Source: Candidatus Cryptobacteroides sp. (GTDB lineage: Bacteria > Bacteroidota > Bacteroidia > Bacteroidales > UBA932). Taken from it: a stretch of DNA of 55,806 bases. Positions 9,906 through 19,220 of this stretch are shown here, one piece after another (position 1 is the first letter of the stretch; every line of letters starts with the position of its first letter). The DNA lies in NCBI GenBank assembly GCA_045600345.1, contig JAZRXU010000056.1, positions 1-55,806 on the forward strand. Reading direction: 5' to 3'. The translations under genes were made by a program, and so were the position numbers. The notes under the pieces are model-generated. The model saw only the letters and a program-made list of their open reading frames with translations. It had not been told where the DNA came from and did no database searches.

Positions 9906-10412
9906 ATGAATAAGTTCTATAAAATTCTTATTGCTATTGCAGTGGTGGTACTGATCGTTGAGGCTTTCCTGCTTGGCCGCCGCAGCGCACAAAAGTCTGA
10001 AGTTCGTGTCGATGTCAAAAGAGAAGTTGTCGAGCGTGTAAGGATTGATACGCTGCTGCAGCTAAAGCCGGTATACATCACTCAAAAGGTTGTAGATACC
10101 TTACGGATTTTGGTGCCGGTCACAGACACGGAGGTACAACCCGATGCAGATAGCTGTGCCGTGGATATCCCCATTGTGGAAAGAGTCTATAAGGACAGCT
10201 CCTATCGTGCTGTGGTTACCGGTTACAATCCAGAGCTCAAGGAGATTGAGATATACCGGCCGACAATTCTCCGTACAGAAACAATCACGAATACACTGAA
10301 GCCTCGTTTCAACTTCGGTGTACAGCTTGGTGTCGGCCCTACCTACGGGTTCATCCATCGCAAGTTTGATGTTGGCGTTTATGCCGGAATCGGATTCCAA
10401 TACAATTTCTAA
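9906..10412 (+). CDS. DUF6808-like membrane protein, possible spanin
   Basis: N-terminal TM helix, YKDSSYRAVVTGY motif, C-terminal amphipathic beta-hairpin ending ...GIGFQYNF. Confidence 0.55.
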   Translation: MNKFYKILIAIAVVVLIVEAFLLGRRSAQKSEVRVDVKREVVERVRIDTLLQLKPVYITQKVVDTLRILVPVTDTEVQPDADSCAVDIPIVERVYKDSSYRAVVTGYNPELKEIEIYRPTILRTETITNTLKPRFNFGVQLGVGPTYGFIHRKFDVGVYAGIGFQYNF

Positions 10413-10456
10413 GGGTTAAGATAAAGTTGGGTCCGGCTCTTAGCGCTGTATTTTTG
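10409..10456 (+). promoter_or_regulatory. Phage promoter box copy 3
   Basis: 22-mer, then TATTTTTG (10449-10456) at 19 nt spacing. Confidence 0.8.
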
Positions 10457-10478
10457 CCGCGTTTAGAAATATGTTACA

Positions 10479-12524
10479 ATGATCAGCGCCAGAAATAAGT
10501 ATATACGTCGTACGCCTGCGAAGCATCTGAACACAGTCGCGGAGCGTAATGACAAACTCGCCGACAGGGATACTGACCTGCCGATGCTTGCCAGGATAAA
10601 ATCAATTTGGTTTTCGCATGATGATATGCGCAGAGCTGGCACTCGCTTGAACCGCTTCGCCTATGGCGACCAGTGGGGAGATCCGATTGAAATAAATGGT
10701 AAGACCATGACTTATCGCCAGTATCTGAAGAGTACCGGCAACGTGGTTTTGCAGACAAATCAGATCAAGAATAAGATTGAGACCATTGCTGGCGTGGTGG
10801 CTAAGGAGCAGAACGGACCGGAGGTTAGTGCTCGCGACGAAGAGAAACAGATGTATGCCCAAGTGGTTACCGAAGGCTTGAAAGCCAACTGTGACATCAA
10901 TATCATGCAGGTGCTTTATGATAAATACATGAAAGCGCTAGGCATATACGGCATCGCAGTAAACTATGAGGGTCTGGAATACTTTAAGGGCGAGATGGAT
11001 TCTGTCAGCGAGTTTGTTGAGCCTAACACACTTTTCTTTGAGAGTAACATGAGTGACCCCAGAGGCGAGGATATCAGTCTTATCGGCCGCTTCATGGATT
11101 TGCCGCGCAGTACATTGCTGGCGAAGTTTTCTCGTAGCACAAGAGATTACGATGTGCTGAAGTCTATATATCCTGAAGCCTTCGACCCGTTTGCGCGTCA
11201 GCGCTCCATTCAAGCAACAGATAAGATTGATGAGCTGGAGCATTCGTTCTCTTCACCTCAGGATCCTACAAAGTGCAGGGTCTTTGAAGTATGGACAAAA
11301 GAGTGCCGCCCCAAGATTCGCATGCATGACACCCAGGCTGGCGTGGAAACCATAGTGGACTACAATGACCATAAGTACAGGGCCTGGGCCAAGGCAGAGA
11401 ACGAGCGCAGGATCGCTGATTGTGTAAAGATGGGTTGGCCCGTGGACGAGGCTCCTCTGATTCTTGGCGACGGTTACGGCCGCGACGAGTCTGAGAAGAA
11501 TGGTCTATTCTGGGAGGAGTTCTGGTATTTCCGCTTTCTGGCTCCTGATGGCACCGTTCTGATGTCTGGCGAATCACCTTATCCGGACAGAAACCATCCG
11601 TTCACAATCCTGCTTATCCCTTTGACCGGCGGCAAAGTGTGCGGCTACCTTACGGACGCAGTCGATCACAACATAGCTATGAACCGAGCTCTCGTGCTCG
11701 ATGACTGGTTGAAGCGCAGCGGAGCCAAGGGTGTTACGGTGGTGCCTAAATCAATCGTCCCCAAAGACGTTTCTTTCGAGCAGTTTGCAAAGAGCTGGAC
11801 AACCATTGACGACCTCGTGTTTGTCGATATCGATGAGACCAAGAAAGACCTTATGCCTAAGGTATTCTTTAGCCAGAGCAATACCTTCGATGTGTCCAGA
11901 CAACTTGACACTTTGCATCGCCTGATGGAAAATTCCACTACGGTGAACGATGCTATCCAGGGACGTGCCGCACATGCGGGAATGTCAGGCAGTATGTACG
12001 CTCAGATGGTATCCAACTCGTCAACTCCTATCAGCTCTCTGCTCACCAGCTTCCATATGTTCCTGCGTAGGATATATCTCAAGAAGATGTCCAACATGCT
12101 TCAGGAATACACACTTGACCGTTGGGAGAGAATTGCAGGAACATTGTTCAAGGATTCGCTTGAGACGAAGATCCTTGACCTCAAAAAAATTGCGAATATC
12201 CAATACGACGTTGCTGTGATTGATAATACCAATACTGCAACATATCGCGAGAAGGACGAGGAGGATCTGCAGACGCTGCTCCTCAATAAGATTATCGCTC
12301 CTGAGGAATACTTCAAGCACTCGAACAAGTCATACGCCAAGTTGATTCTTAAGGACCGTCAGGCGCAGCAGCAGGAAGATAATGCTTCAGCACAGGTGAT
12401 GGCGGGCGCTCAGCGTTCGGGCGGTGGCGAGATGCAGCCAGAAGGGGAGATAGTCCCCGGCGCTCCTGGTCTCGCTCCAGATGTACAAGTTAATAATGGC
12501 CGAGCCACGATTGTTAATGAATAA
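10479..12524 (+). CDS. Portal protein (P22-like)
   Basis: 681 aa. RFAYGDQW, TNQIKNKIETIAG, CRVFEVWTKE, HPFT motifs; Q-rich tail; next to terminase. Confidence 0.8.
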   Translation: MISARNKYIRRTPAKHLNTVAERNDKLADRDTDLPMLARIKSIWFSHDDMRRAGTRLNRFAYGDQWGDPIEINGKTMTYRQYLKSTGNVVLQTNQIKNKIETIAGVVAKEQNGPEVSARDEEKQMYAQVVTEGLKANCDINIMQVLYDKYMKALGIYGIAVNYEGLEYFKGEMDSVSEFVEPNTLFFESNMSDPRGEDISLIGRFMDLPRSTLLAKFSRSTRDYDVLKSIYPEAFDPFARQRSIQATDKIDELEHSFSSPQDPTKCRVFEVWTKECRPKIRMHDTQAGVETIVDYNDHKYRAWAKAENERRIADCVKMGWPVDEAPLILGDGYGRDESEKNGLFWEEFWYFRFLAPDGTVLMSGESPYPDRNHPFTILLIPLTGGKVCGYLTDAVDHNIAMNRALVLDDWLKRSGAKGVTVVPKSIVPKDVSFEQFAKSWTTIDDLVFVDIDETKKDLMPKVFFSQSNTFDVSRQLDTLHRLMENSTTVNDAIQGRAAHAGMSGSMYAQMVSNSSTPISSLLTSFHMFLRRIYLKKMSNMLQEYTLDRWERIAGTLFKDSLETKILDLKKIANIQYDVAVIDNTNTATYREKDEEDLQTLLLNKIIAPEEYFKHSNKSYAKLILKDRQAQQQEDNASAQVMAGAQRSGGGEMQPEGEIVPGAPGLAPDVQVNNGRATIVNE

Positions 12525-12559
12525 TCGTTATCATTCTACTTCCTTTTGTTTGTAACCTG

Positions 12560-12596
12560 AACCCCCTCTCATTCTTCGGCCGGTGAGAGGGGGTTC
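12560..12596. terminator. Hairpin terminator between convergent genes
   Basis: AACCCCCTCTCA...TGAGAGGGGGTT inverted repeat. Confidence 0.7.
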
Positions 12597-12601
12597 TTTG
12601 A

Positions 12602-12979
12602 TTAGATTAGCCTTGCTGCACGGAGGCGATTCCTGATGAATGCCTTGCGGCGGATTTCTATCGCTCGCTTATCCATAGCCTGATTGCCTGCAGTATCTGG
12701 TGTATGATACCAGCACTCATTCTTCAGAGTCTGGAGCGTAAGCAGGCGACCATGGTATCCCCACAGTCCTTTGGCTCTCTTGAAACCGGCCCTATTGTAT
12801 GTGATGAGCCTGTTGGTGCGGAAAGGCTCCGACACAACATAGATCATCCAGCCCTCGCGACGGTGACGTTCGTCGGCCTTGCGCATGGTTGTCTTGTAGA
12901 TGTGGTTTGCCCAGGCGGTGACAAAAAGCACCGCGAGGTTCCTGCGAATGGATTTGAGTTTTTTGAGAATCTTTTTCAT
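12602..12979 (-). CDS. Hypothetical basic protein
   Basis: Probable start at MKKILKK, inside ORF 12602..13099; downstream of terL. Confidence 0.6.
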   Translation of the reverse strand: MKKILKKLKSIRRNLAVLFVTAWANHIYKTTMRKADERHRREGWMIYVVSEPFRTNRLITYNRAGFKRAKGLWGYHGRLLTLQTLKNECWYHTPDTAGNQAMDKRAIEIRRKAFIRNRLRAARLI

Positions 12980-13004
12980 TGTATTAATATAATAAGTGTT
13001 GACG

Positions 13005-15125
13005 TTAAAGTGCGGCAAGGTTGTCATTGCTGCTAGTTCTTTGCTTGCTGGTGGTTGTGCGCTTAATCCACTGAGGCATTGGCATCTCCTTGAACGCAAT
13101 CCACAGAAGGATGGCTGTGGCCATCAGCACGTCATCATGCTTGCGGCCAGGCGCTGTATACTTTCCATGGTCTTCGATATAGATGGCCAGCTCGTTGGTG
13201 CAGAGCTTGCTCGGCTCTCCCCACAACTTGTCACGCACACATGTCTTCAGGTGATCAATAATCTTCGGCTTGGTGCTGGTGTTAGTGTGGAAGCCATAGT
13301 AGCCCGTGGGCGTGTCTGTCACTTTGTCTTCCGGTGCGTGTCGGCGGTACAGGTTATCATATATTCTAGCGATGATGTCGAGGATGTACTCGAAACCATC
13401 TCCACCGGTGTCGCGGTTCTTGTCTTTGGTTTCAAGCGTATTTGACTCAATCACGAGCTTGGCGTGGCCGTACCACTCGGCTAGACGTACTGCATCGTAC
13501 GCCAGGCGGTCATGGTCCACATGATAATGCATCTCTGCCACGATGTTGGGACGTGCATCCAGACCAAACTCCTGCATTTGGAACAGGCGATCCAGGACAC
13601 GTATTGACGAGAAGTCTGAAGTCTCGTTCGGTCCACCGATATCCACGGCAACAACGTAGCGGTCCGAGATAGGGGAGTCGTCGGGCTCCTCCCATATGCG
13701 CAGGTTGCCTCCGCTATTGGGAACAAACTCAATATCCTTGAGAACATCCTCTCCCTCATGCGCAGCACTGATAAGGTCGCCAACCATGACAGGGTCCGTA
13801 CACTCGTTTGCGATGGCCGCCACTTCGAAAGGGTCGAATACCAGCTGGCCTGCAGTTATGAATGCTTGCTCTGCTGTGGCCGGTGACTCGTTGCACACCT
13901 TGGAGAAATTCATTCTCAGGCGGCGGTAGCGATACCAGTTGATTGCCTCGAATGTGGCGCCAAGCGTCCATAGCCACCAGTAGTATCGGCCGCTATCACG
14001 CCATTTGCCGTTGGGTGTATTGTCGTTGCGATGCTCCCAGAGCCACTTGATAAACTCTTCCTCCGTCTCGCCTTTGAGCGGTCGAACATCCCACTTGATG
14101 TAGTAGAAAGGAATGAAGAGTCGTACGAGTCCTCCTTCGCCCACTTTGTCGAATGCTTTCATCCACTGGTCGTGGAAGAAGTCGTCGGCACTCTTGGCTG
14201 TTGACTCGAACACCTGCATATTCAGCTCACCGCCAATCATACCACCCTGGATGTCGGCAATGATATCGTCCGGCCTTCGCTCGGGAGTGTCAGGCCATAC
14301 ACCCACCTCGGAGTAGTGTGCTCCCGAGATATCTTTTGAACGGCACGAGTCTGGATTCTGTGCTGTGCCAAGAAATATCATACCGGGTAGGACCTGGTTG
14401 TTGTTACTATCCTTGATAGCAAAGGCATGGCCTGTCGTGCCTACTTGTGCAAGTTTGAGCTTCGTATCGTCCGGAAGTCCCAGGTCCCATGCAGGATATG
14501 TATCCATCGCATTCTTGAGCATTGTCAAGATGGTTTCGGACGCAGACTGCTCGTGCGCCACAATGGCAAATGAGTGATAGCAATCCCAGTGACACAACAA
14601 CCAAGTCTGATAGAAGAAACAGAATGTGGATCCACCCCATTGTCGGGCTTTCAGGATGATAAGGTCTATTTCCTCACCGGCCTTGCGCATCTGTTCGCAG
14701 AGGCTCAGAACCATGAGCTGCGCCAAGTTCAGTACGAAAGGCCTGCGTGCTTTGCGGCCCTTGCCTCCCTTGATCTTGATTTGAATACAGCAGAAGGCCC
14801 AGGCGCAGAAGTCATACTTGTTTCGCAATCGTCGGAGCCGTCGCTCAATCTCGAAGTGGGTAGGGATGTCGTCCTTCCATTTGTGCTTCTCAATAAACTT
14901 GTCAATACCTCCAGCCTTGACAATATTCTTGATCAGCGGCAACCGCATCATCTCTTCTGGTACCCATTGCTCAGGTACTGCATAGTCAGGAATCCGGAGA
15001 AGGACTCGCTTCTGCCCTGTGAATTCAGCGATACCCTCTCCGGTGATAGGATTGTACTTTGCCAACAGACGTGCCCATCGCCGCCTGTTTTCCTCCTGTA
15101 GATTATGTAAGATATCTTCCGGCAT
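13005..15125 (-). CDS. terL: Terminase large subunit
   Basis: Walker A LKARQWGGST, Walker B AHYSE, coupling motif FESTA, nuclease VAVDIGG...HDDVLMA. Confidence 0.9.
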   Translation of the reverse strand: MPEDILHNLQEENRRRWARLLAKYNPITGEGIAEFTGQKRVLLRIPDYAVPEQWVPEEMMRLPLIKNIVKAGGIDKFIEKHKWKDDIPTHFEIERRLRRLRNKYDFCAWAFCCIQIKIKGGKGRKARRPFVLNLAQLMVLSLCEQMRKAGEEIDLIILKARQWGGSTFCFFYQTWLLCHWDCYHSFAIVAHEQSASETILTMLKNAMDTYPAWDLGLPDDTKLKLAQVGTTGHAFAIKDSNNNQVLPGMIFLGTAQNPDSCRSKDISGAHYSEVGVWPDTPERRPDDIIADIQGGMIGGELNMQVFESTAKSADDFFHDQWMKAFDKVGEGGLVRLFIPFYYIKWDVRPLKGETEEEFIKWLWEHRNDNTPNGKWRDSGRYYWWLWTLGATFEAINWYRYRRLRMNFSKVCNESPATAEQAFITAGQLVFDPFEVAAIANECTDPVMVGDLISAAHEGEDVLKDIEFVPNSGGNLRIWEEPDDSPISDRYVVAVDIGGPNETSDFSSIRVLDRLFQMQEFGLDARPNIVAEMHYHVDHDRLAYDAVRLAEWYGHAKLVIESNTLETKDKNRDTGGDGFEYILDIIARIYDNLYRRHAPEDKVTDTPTGYYGFHTNTSTKPKIIDHLKTCVRDKLWGEPSKLCTNELAIYIEDHGKYTAPGRKHDDVLMATAILLWIAFKEMPMPQWIKRTTTSKQRTSSNDNLAAL

Positions 15126-15591
15126 CTGACATTAGCGATGTGTATTTCCTATGGATTGAAGCGCCTATTATTCCAAGTGCGAAGGCTGCAATATGGGTTA
15201 TGGCTGATATCTGTGGCAGGAAGACCATTGCTACGGTGACAATGATGAAGACCATTGTCTCTTTCTTGCGCCACCATAGCGAGCGTAGGCTGGGCGTTCC
15301 GAGGCCGATATATGCATACAGAAAGTTGGATACGCCGATACAAGGCCTAAAGTAGGACAGGGCGTAAACGGCGATGGCTATTGTTGCTGCGGAGAGTATC
15401 TTCCACCATTTGATATTCTGCGGACGGAGAATACTCCACGTGGCAAGACAGTTGGCGGCAAGATGCCATAGCGAGGCATGAAAGAAACTATACAGCACGG
15501 CCTGCCATATGAATGAGGCGGTCATGTACCACTGAGGGATACCCAGGACGATGTATATCAGAACAAGCAGCACGATAACGAAGTACCTCAT
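15103..15591 (-). CDS. Rhomboid-family intramembrane serine protease (minimal)
   Basis: Multi-TM protein with SFFHASLWHLAAN, catalytic IGVS(N) and distal THIAAF His; overlaps the terL start. Confidence 0.75.
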   Translation of the reverse strand: MRYFVIVLLVLIYIVLGIPQWYMTASFIWQAVLYSFFHASLWHLAANCLATWSILRPQNIKWWKILSAATIAIAVYALSYFRPCIGVSNFLYAYIGLGTPSLRSLWWRKKETMVFIIVTVAMVFLPQISAITHIAAFALGIIGASIHRKYTSLMSDAGRYLT

Positions 15592-15595
15592 GTCT

Positions 15596-16003
15596 CTACC
15601 TCCTTACTCGTTCTGCTTTCAACTGACGTGTGATGATTGCGCGGATACGTTCTACACCGAGGTAGAACTCAGGAGCTGGCTGATTGCATATAATCACCAG
15701 TACATCTAGGCGCGTCAGATCGCTGTACGGATGCTCCTTGCGATATTTGTGATAATTTTCCACCAGCTGGAAGATGCGTCTGCGCGAACTCTCGTGCAGT
15801 TCGTCCAGAGTATCACCCTTGGCCAACCTTCCAAAAAGAATGGATGCCGTTGAGGCTTCGATATAGAATTGTGGTGCAGTCGCGTTGTGAGCTAGATATT
15901 CGCAGGCCTCTCTGATGCTTGAGAAGTGATGTTCGCGATTGGCGCTCTTGTACGCCTTGTAGAGTGCAGAATCTCTTAGTTCCTTCAGTTCTGTGTCTTT
16001 CAA
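15596..16003 (-). CDS. Putative DNA-binding regulator (candidate late-gene activator)
   Basis: 135 aa helical protein with duplicated APxFY motif (TAPQFYI, PAPEFYL); divergent from promoter box copy 4. Confidence 0.4.
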   Translation of the reverse strand: MKDTELKELRDSALYKAYKSANREHHFSSIREACEYLAHNATAPQFYIEASTASILFGRLAKGDTLDELHESSRRRIFQLVENYHKYRKEHPYSDLTRLDVLVIICNQPAPEFYLGVERIRAIITRQLKAERVRR

Positions 16004-16018
16004 TCAATGCTGGCATAA

Positions 16019-16079
16019 CAAAGTTACATTTCTTAGGGTTAAGATAAAGTTGGACACCAATTCCGCTGGATTACATTTG
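16019..16079. promoter_or_regulatory. Divergent promoters: box copy 4 (rightward) and a leftward -7 element
   Basis: TAGGGTTAAGATAAAGTTGG 16034-16053 plus TACATTTG 16072-16079; minus-strand TAACTTTG at 16019-16026. Confidence 0.75.
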
Positions 16080-16112
16080 TCGCACAGAATGAAAATTAAA
16101 ATTCAATTTGAT

Positions 16113-16862
16113 ATGACAAAGACTGATAATCAACAAGTTACCGACTACCGTGCGGAACTGATGGCTCGTGCCAGGTCTAGATTCCCTGATAGGAACTTCG
16201 ATGGCAAAACGGGCGAAAACGGCGAAATTATCGAACCGGGCGAATCTCTCGAAAAAGCTATTTTCGACATTTTTGCCGAGGGGGACACAAGGAACAAAGA
16301 GATACAAGAGCTCATAGACTCCGATCCTGAAATCCGAACCCTCATTATGCACATGCTGCGCACCAAGAATGCACGTCGCGCAGTTGCTTCTACATTCGGA
16401 GACAATGTTCAGGATGCGTTCAGTGAGGAGAATCTCAATAAGAATGCGGAAGATCTTGAGGGCTGGCGCCAGCGCAAGGCTGAGCACGATGAGTTGACTG
16501 CGAAGGCCGATGAAAACTGGGAGCGTGTTCTCAATGAGATGGACGCCTGGGGAGACAAGCAGGGGATTGACGACCAGAGAAAGGCCGACATCATTGCACG
16601 CCTGCTGATTATCACAGCCAAGGGCCAGAGTAACGACTTTACCGAAGAGGACTTTGATACAATCAATAAAGGCCTTGACTACGACGGCGCAGTAGAAGGC
16701 GCTCGCCAGGCTGGTCTTGTAACAGGCCGTAACGAGCAGATTGAGGCTCGCCGCCAGAGTCGTGCTAACTCCGCACAGCTTCCTCCCGTAATGCGTGGCC
16801 AGGGTATCTCAGTGCCCGAGCAGCGCGAAGAGAAGAAGAAAGGATTCTGGGCCGAGGACTAA
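16113..16862 (+). CDS. Putative capsid scaffolding protein
   Basis: Acidic helical protein directly upstream of the MCP; start moved to ATG 16113, downstream of the promoter. Confidence 0.55.
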   Translation: MTKTDNQQVTDYRAELMARARSRFPDRNFDGKTGENGEIIEPGESLEKAIFDIFAEGDTRNKEIQELIDSDPEIRTLIMHMLRTKNARRAVASTFGDNVQDAFSEENLNKNAEDLEGWRQRKAEHDELTAKADENWERVLNEMDAWGDKQGIDDQRKADIIARLLIITAKGQSNDFTEEDFDTINKGLDYDGAVEGARQAGLVTGRNEQIEARRQSRANSAQLPPVMRGQGISVPEQREEKKKGFWAED

Positions 16863-16888
16863 GTAGTAAAACCATAATCTATAATATT

Positions 16889-18589
16889 ATGAAATTGTTC
16901 AATTTTCTGAAAACCCACAAGCTTAGCTTCCTGTCATTGGCTCTTGTGGTTTGCGCAGCGGCACTGGGTGCTGACTCCGCCTTTGCAATGGCAGTTGTTG
17001 AGGAGGTCAACCCCTCTCCCGATCCTAACCCCTCAGAGAAGATTGAGGATCGTCGCGATGCTGACGGCAATCCTGCTGAGCAGCCTGAGAAAGACGAACA
17101 GGGCAACAAGACCCAGCAGCCTGGCCGTGCTGTTACAAGGACTGACCTTCGCGATATGCGTCTGCTCTCCGACGACTTCAACAAAGATGTCGATGAGTTC
17201 CGTCGCTGGCGTTTCCCTGAGGAGACTCTCTTCCTTGCGCTGTGTACTCCTGTCAAAGTTAATGACCCTGTATACAAGCATGGCCATGTGGGCTCTACTG
17301 ACCTCGACGTTATCTATGTAGGTGAGGCGCCTTTGAAAATCGGCAAAGCATCTGGCGCATCGTCAGAGTACAATGCCACTACTCAGGTTCTTACCGTAAG
17401 CGCGTCAATGTTCGAGAATGTAAACCAGTTCATGCCTTTCGGTACTGCAACCATCGAGGGTACTATCGGTTACGAGAAGACAGATGAAGGTTACGTTCCC
17501 AATGGTGAGCTCGGCGTATTCATCGAGAAACACGAGGTGGATGGCGATGTAGTGAAGATGTATGTCATCAACCCTCCTATGGCCGGCAACCCTCTCTCTG
17601 AGATTCCTCCCCAGGCTGTGTTCCACGTAGCTGCGCCTGCTTGTGCTGAGTCTCAGATGCATGTCAACTCAGATGCATTCAACCCTGTAGCTGCTGAGGA
17701 TACTCTCCAGAAGAAGATTGCTACTCTCGTAGTGACTAAAGCTTCTGATGAGGCTGATACCAAGTTCGACTTCAAGACCAAGAGCCAGAAGGCCTCTGTC
17801 AAAGAGAACTTCAAACGCAAGTGTGCTCGTTCACACTGGAATGGTACTCCTTTCCGCCGCCAGGTATTCGTAAAAGAGACCGGTAACCGTGAGGAGGTAT
17901 TCGGCGAGAAAGGTATCCTTCGCCAGATTACTAAGCACCTCGGCTTCACTGGCGAGTTCGGCGACGATACTCTGCTTGCAATGACAACCCTCATGTTCGG
18001 TGAGAATGCTTCTAACGATCATGCACAGGTATTCTGCGGTAAGAAAGCCCTTACCCGTCTGATTAAGCTTGTGAACTCTAATCCCAAGTACAAAGACGTC
18101 GGCAAGGTTGAGGTTAACGAGTATGGTGTCAAGATCCGTAAGTATGCGGACAACTTCGGTACTCTCGAGTTCATCTGGGCACAGATTCTCGATGACCTTG
18201 GCAAGAGCGACTACATGGCTGTTCTCGACCTTGAGCACGCTGAGCGTCCTTACATCAGCGACAACAAGGAGACAGAGCGTGATATGTCTAAGACCGGTGA
18301 GGCTCGTGAGGCTATGGAGTACAACCTCGTTCGTGAGGACTGTATCACTCTTAAGGGCCATAACTCAATCCTTGTATATCCCGCGGCTCTCGCTACAGCT
18401 GCAAGCAGGCTTAACCCTAATGCTACAACCTATGCAACATGGATCGATTCAGAGAACCTTCCTAGCGACAAGACTAAGAAGTATCTCCTGATGAATGCCT
18501 GTGGTGGCTTCGATGAGAACACTATCATTGAGTTCGACGCTGATCTGAATCAGTGGAAAGTATCCGAGGGTGAGATTGCGCTCGCCTAG
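16889..18589 (+). CDS. Major capsid protein with N-terminal hydrophobic leader
   Basis: 566 aa; follows scaffold gene; strong codon bias; strong downstream terminator; GILRQI, VFCGKKAL, NFGTLEFI motifs consistent with an HK97-fold capsid protein. Confidence 0.7.
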   Translation: MKLFNFLKTHKLSFLSLALVVCAAALGADSAFAMAVVEEVNPSPDPNPSEKIEDRRDADGNPAEQPEKDEQGNKTQQPGRAVTRTDLRDMRLLSDDFNKDVDEFRRWRFPEETLFLALCTPVKVNDPVYKHGHVGSTDLDVIYVGEAPLKIGKASGASSEYNATTQVLTVSASMFENVNQFMPFGTATIEGTIGYEKTDEGYVPNGELGVFIEKHEVDGDVVKMYVINPPMAGNPLSEIPPQAVFHVAAPACAESQMHVNSDAFNPVAAEDTLQKKIATLVVTKASDEADTKFDFKTKSQKASVKENFKRKCARSHWNGTPFRRQVFVKETGNREEVFGEKGILRQITKHLGFTGEFGDDTLLAMTTLMFGENASNDHAQVFCGKKALTRLIKLVNSNPKYKDVGKVEVNEYGVKIRKYADNFGTLEFIWAQILDDLGKSDYMAVLDLEHAERPYISDNKETERDMSKTGEAREAMEYNLVREDCITLKGHNSILVYPAALATAASRLNPNATTYATWIDSENLPSDKTKKYLLMNACGGFDENTIIEFDADLNQWKVSEGEIALA

Positions 18590-18600
18590 TATGTAAACAG

Positions 18601-18628
18601 TAAGGAGGGGAAATCCGTCCCCTCCTTA
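18601..18628 (+). terminator. Hairpin after MCP
   Basis: TAAGGAGGGG...CCCCTCCTTA. Confidence 0.65.
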
Positions 18629-18648
18629 TGTAATAAACATATTTCGCT

Positions 18649-19215
18649 ATGACCAAGATTTACGAATATACAATCAGCACAGTAAATACGGCACAGGTCC
18701 CTGTTACTGCCGGCAAGGCTTATCTGGTCCTGCACTTTGAGCGCGGACAGCGTGGTACTGTAGGCCAGTCCCAGTGCCCCACGTATGTAAGCCAGAATGA
18801 GATTGAACAGATTATCATCGAGAAAAGTGAACTCTTCAAATCTGGTGCAATCCGTTTGAAACGCCAGTATGGCTCCGACGAATCTGCCGCTGCCAAACCT
18901 GCGCCTGCGAAGGCCCCGGCTAACAAAGGAAAGGGCAAACTTGCCGACCCCGTGCCTGTAGAGCCGAAAGATATCCCTGCCGACCCTAAGGGTAATGACC
19001 CTATTCCAGTAGAGACTCCTGATGAGGCAGAGAATCCCATTCTTGACAGTTCCGCTGTTGAAGACGCAGAGAAACTCCCTGAGATTACCTCAAAGGCCGA
19101 CCTGATGAAATTCCTCAAGTCAAAAGGCGCCAAAGCAACAGACCTGAAGAGTGACGATGCAATCAAGGCATTCATCGCAAAGAAGGGTCTTGAAATCCCT
19201 AATATCGAGTTCTAA
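18649..19215 (+). CDS. Hypothetical virion-associated protein
   Basis: Pro/Ala/Lys linker and small C-terminal helical domain. Confidence 0.6.
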   Translation: MTKIYEYTISTVNTAQVPVTAGKAYLVLHFERGQRGTVGQSQCPTYVSQNEIEQIIIEKSELFKSGAIRLKRQYGSDESAAAKPAPAKAPANKGKGKLADPVPVEPKDIPADPKGNDPIPVETPDEAENPILDSSAVEDAEKLPEITSKADLMKFLKSKGAKATDLKSDDAIKAFIAKKGLEIPNIEF

Positions 19216-19220
19216 TCGTC

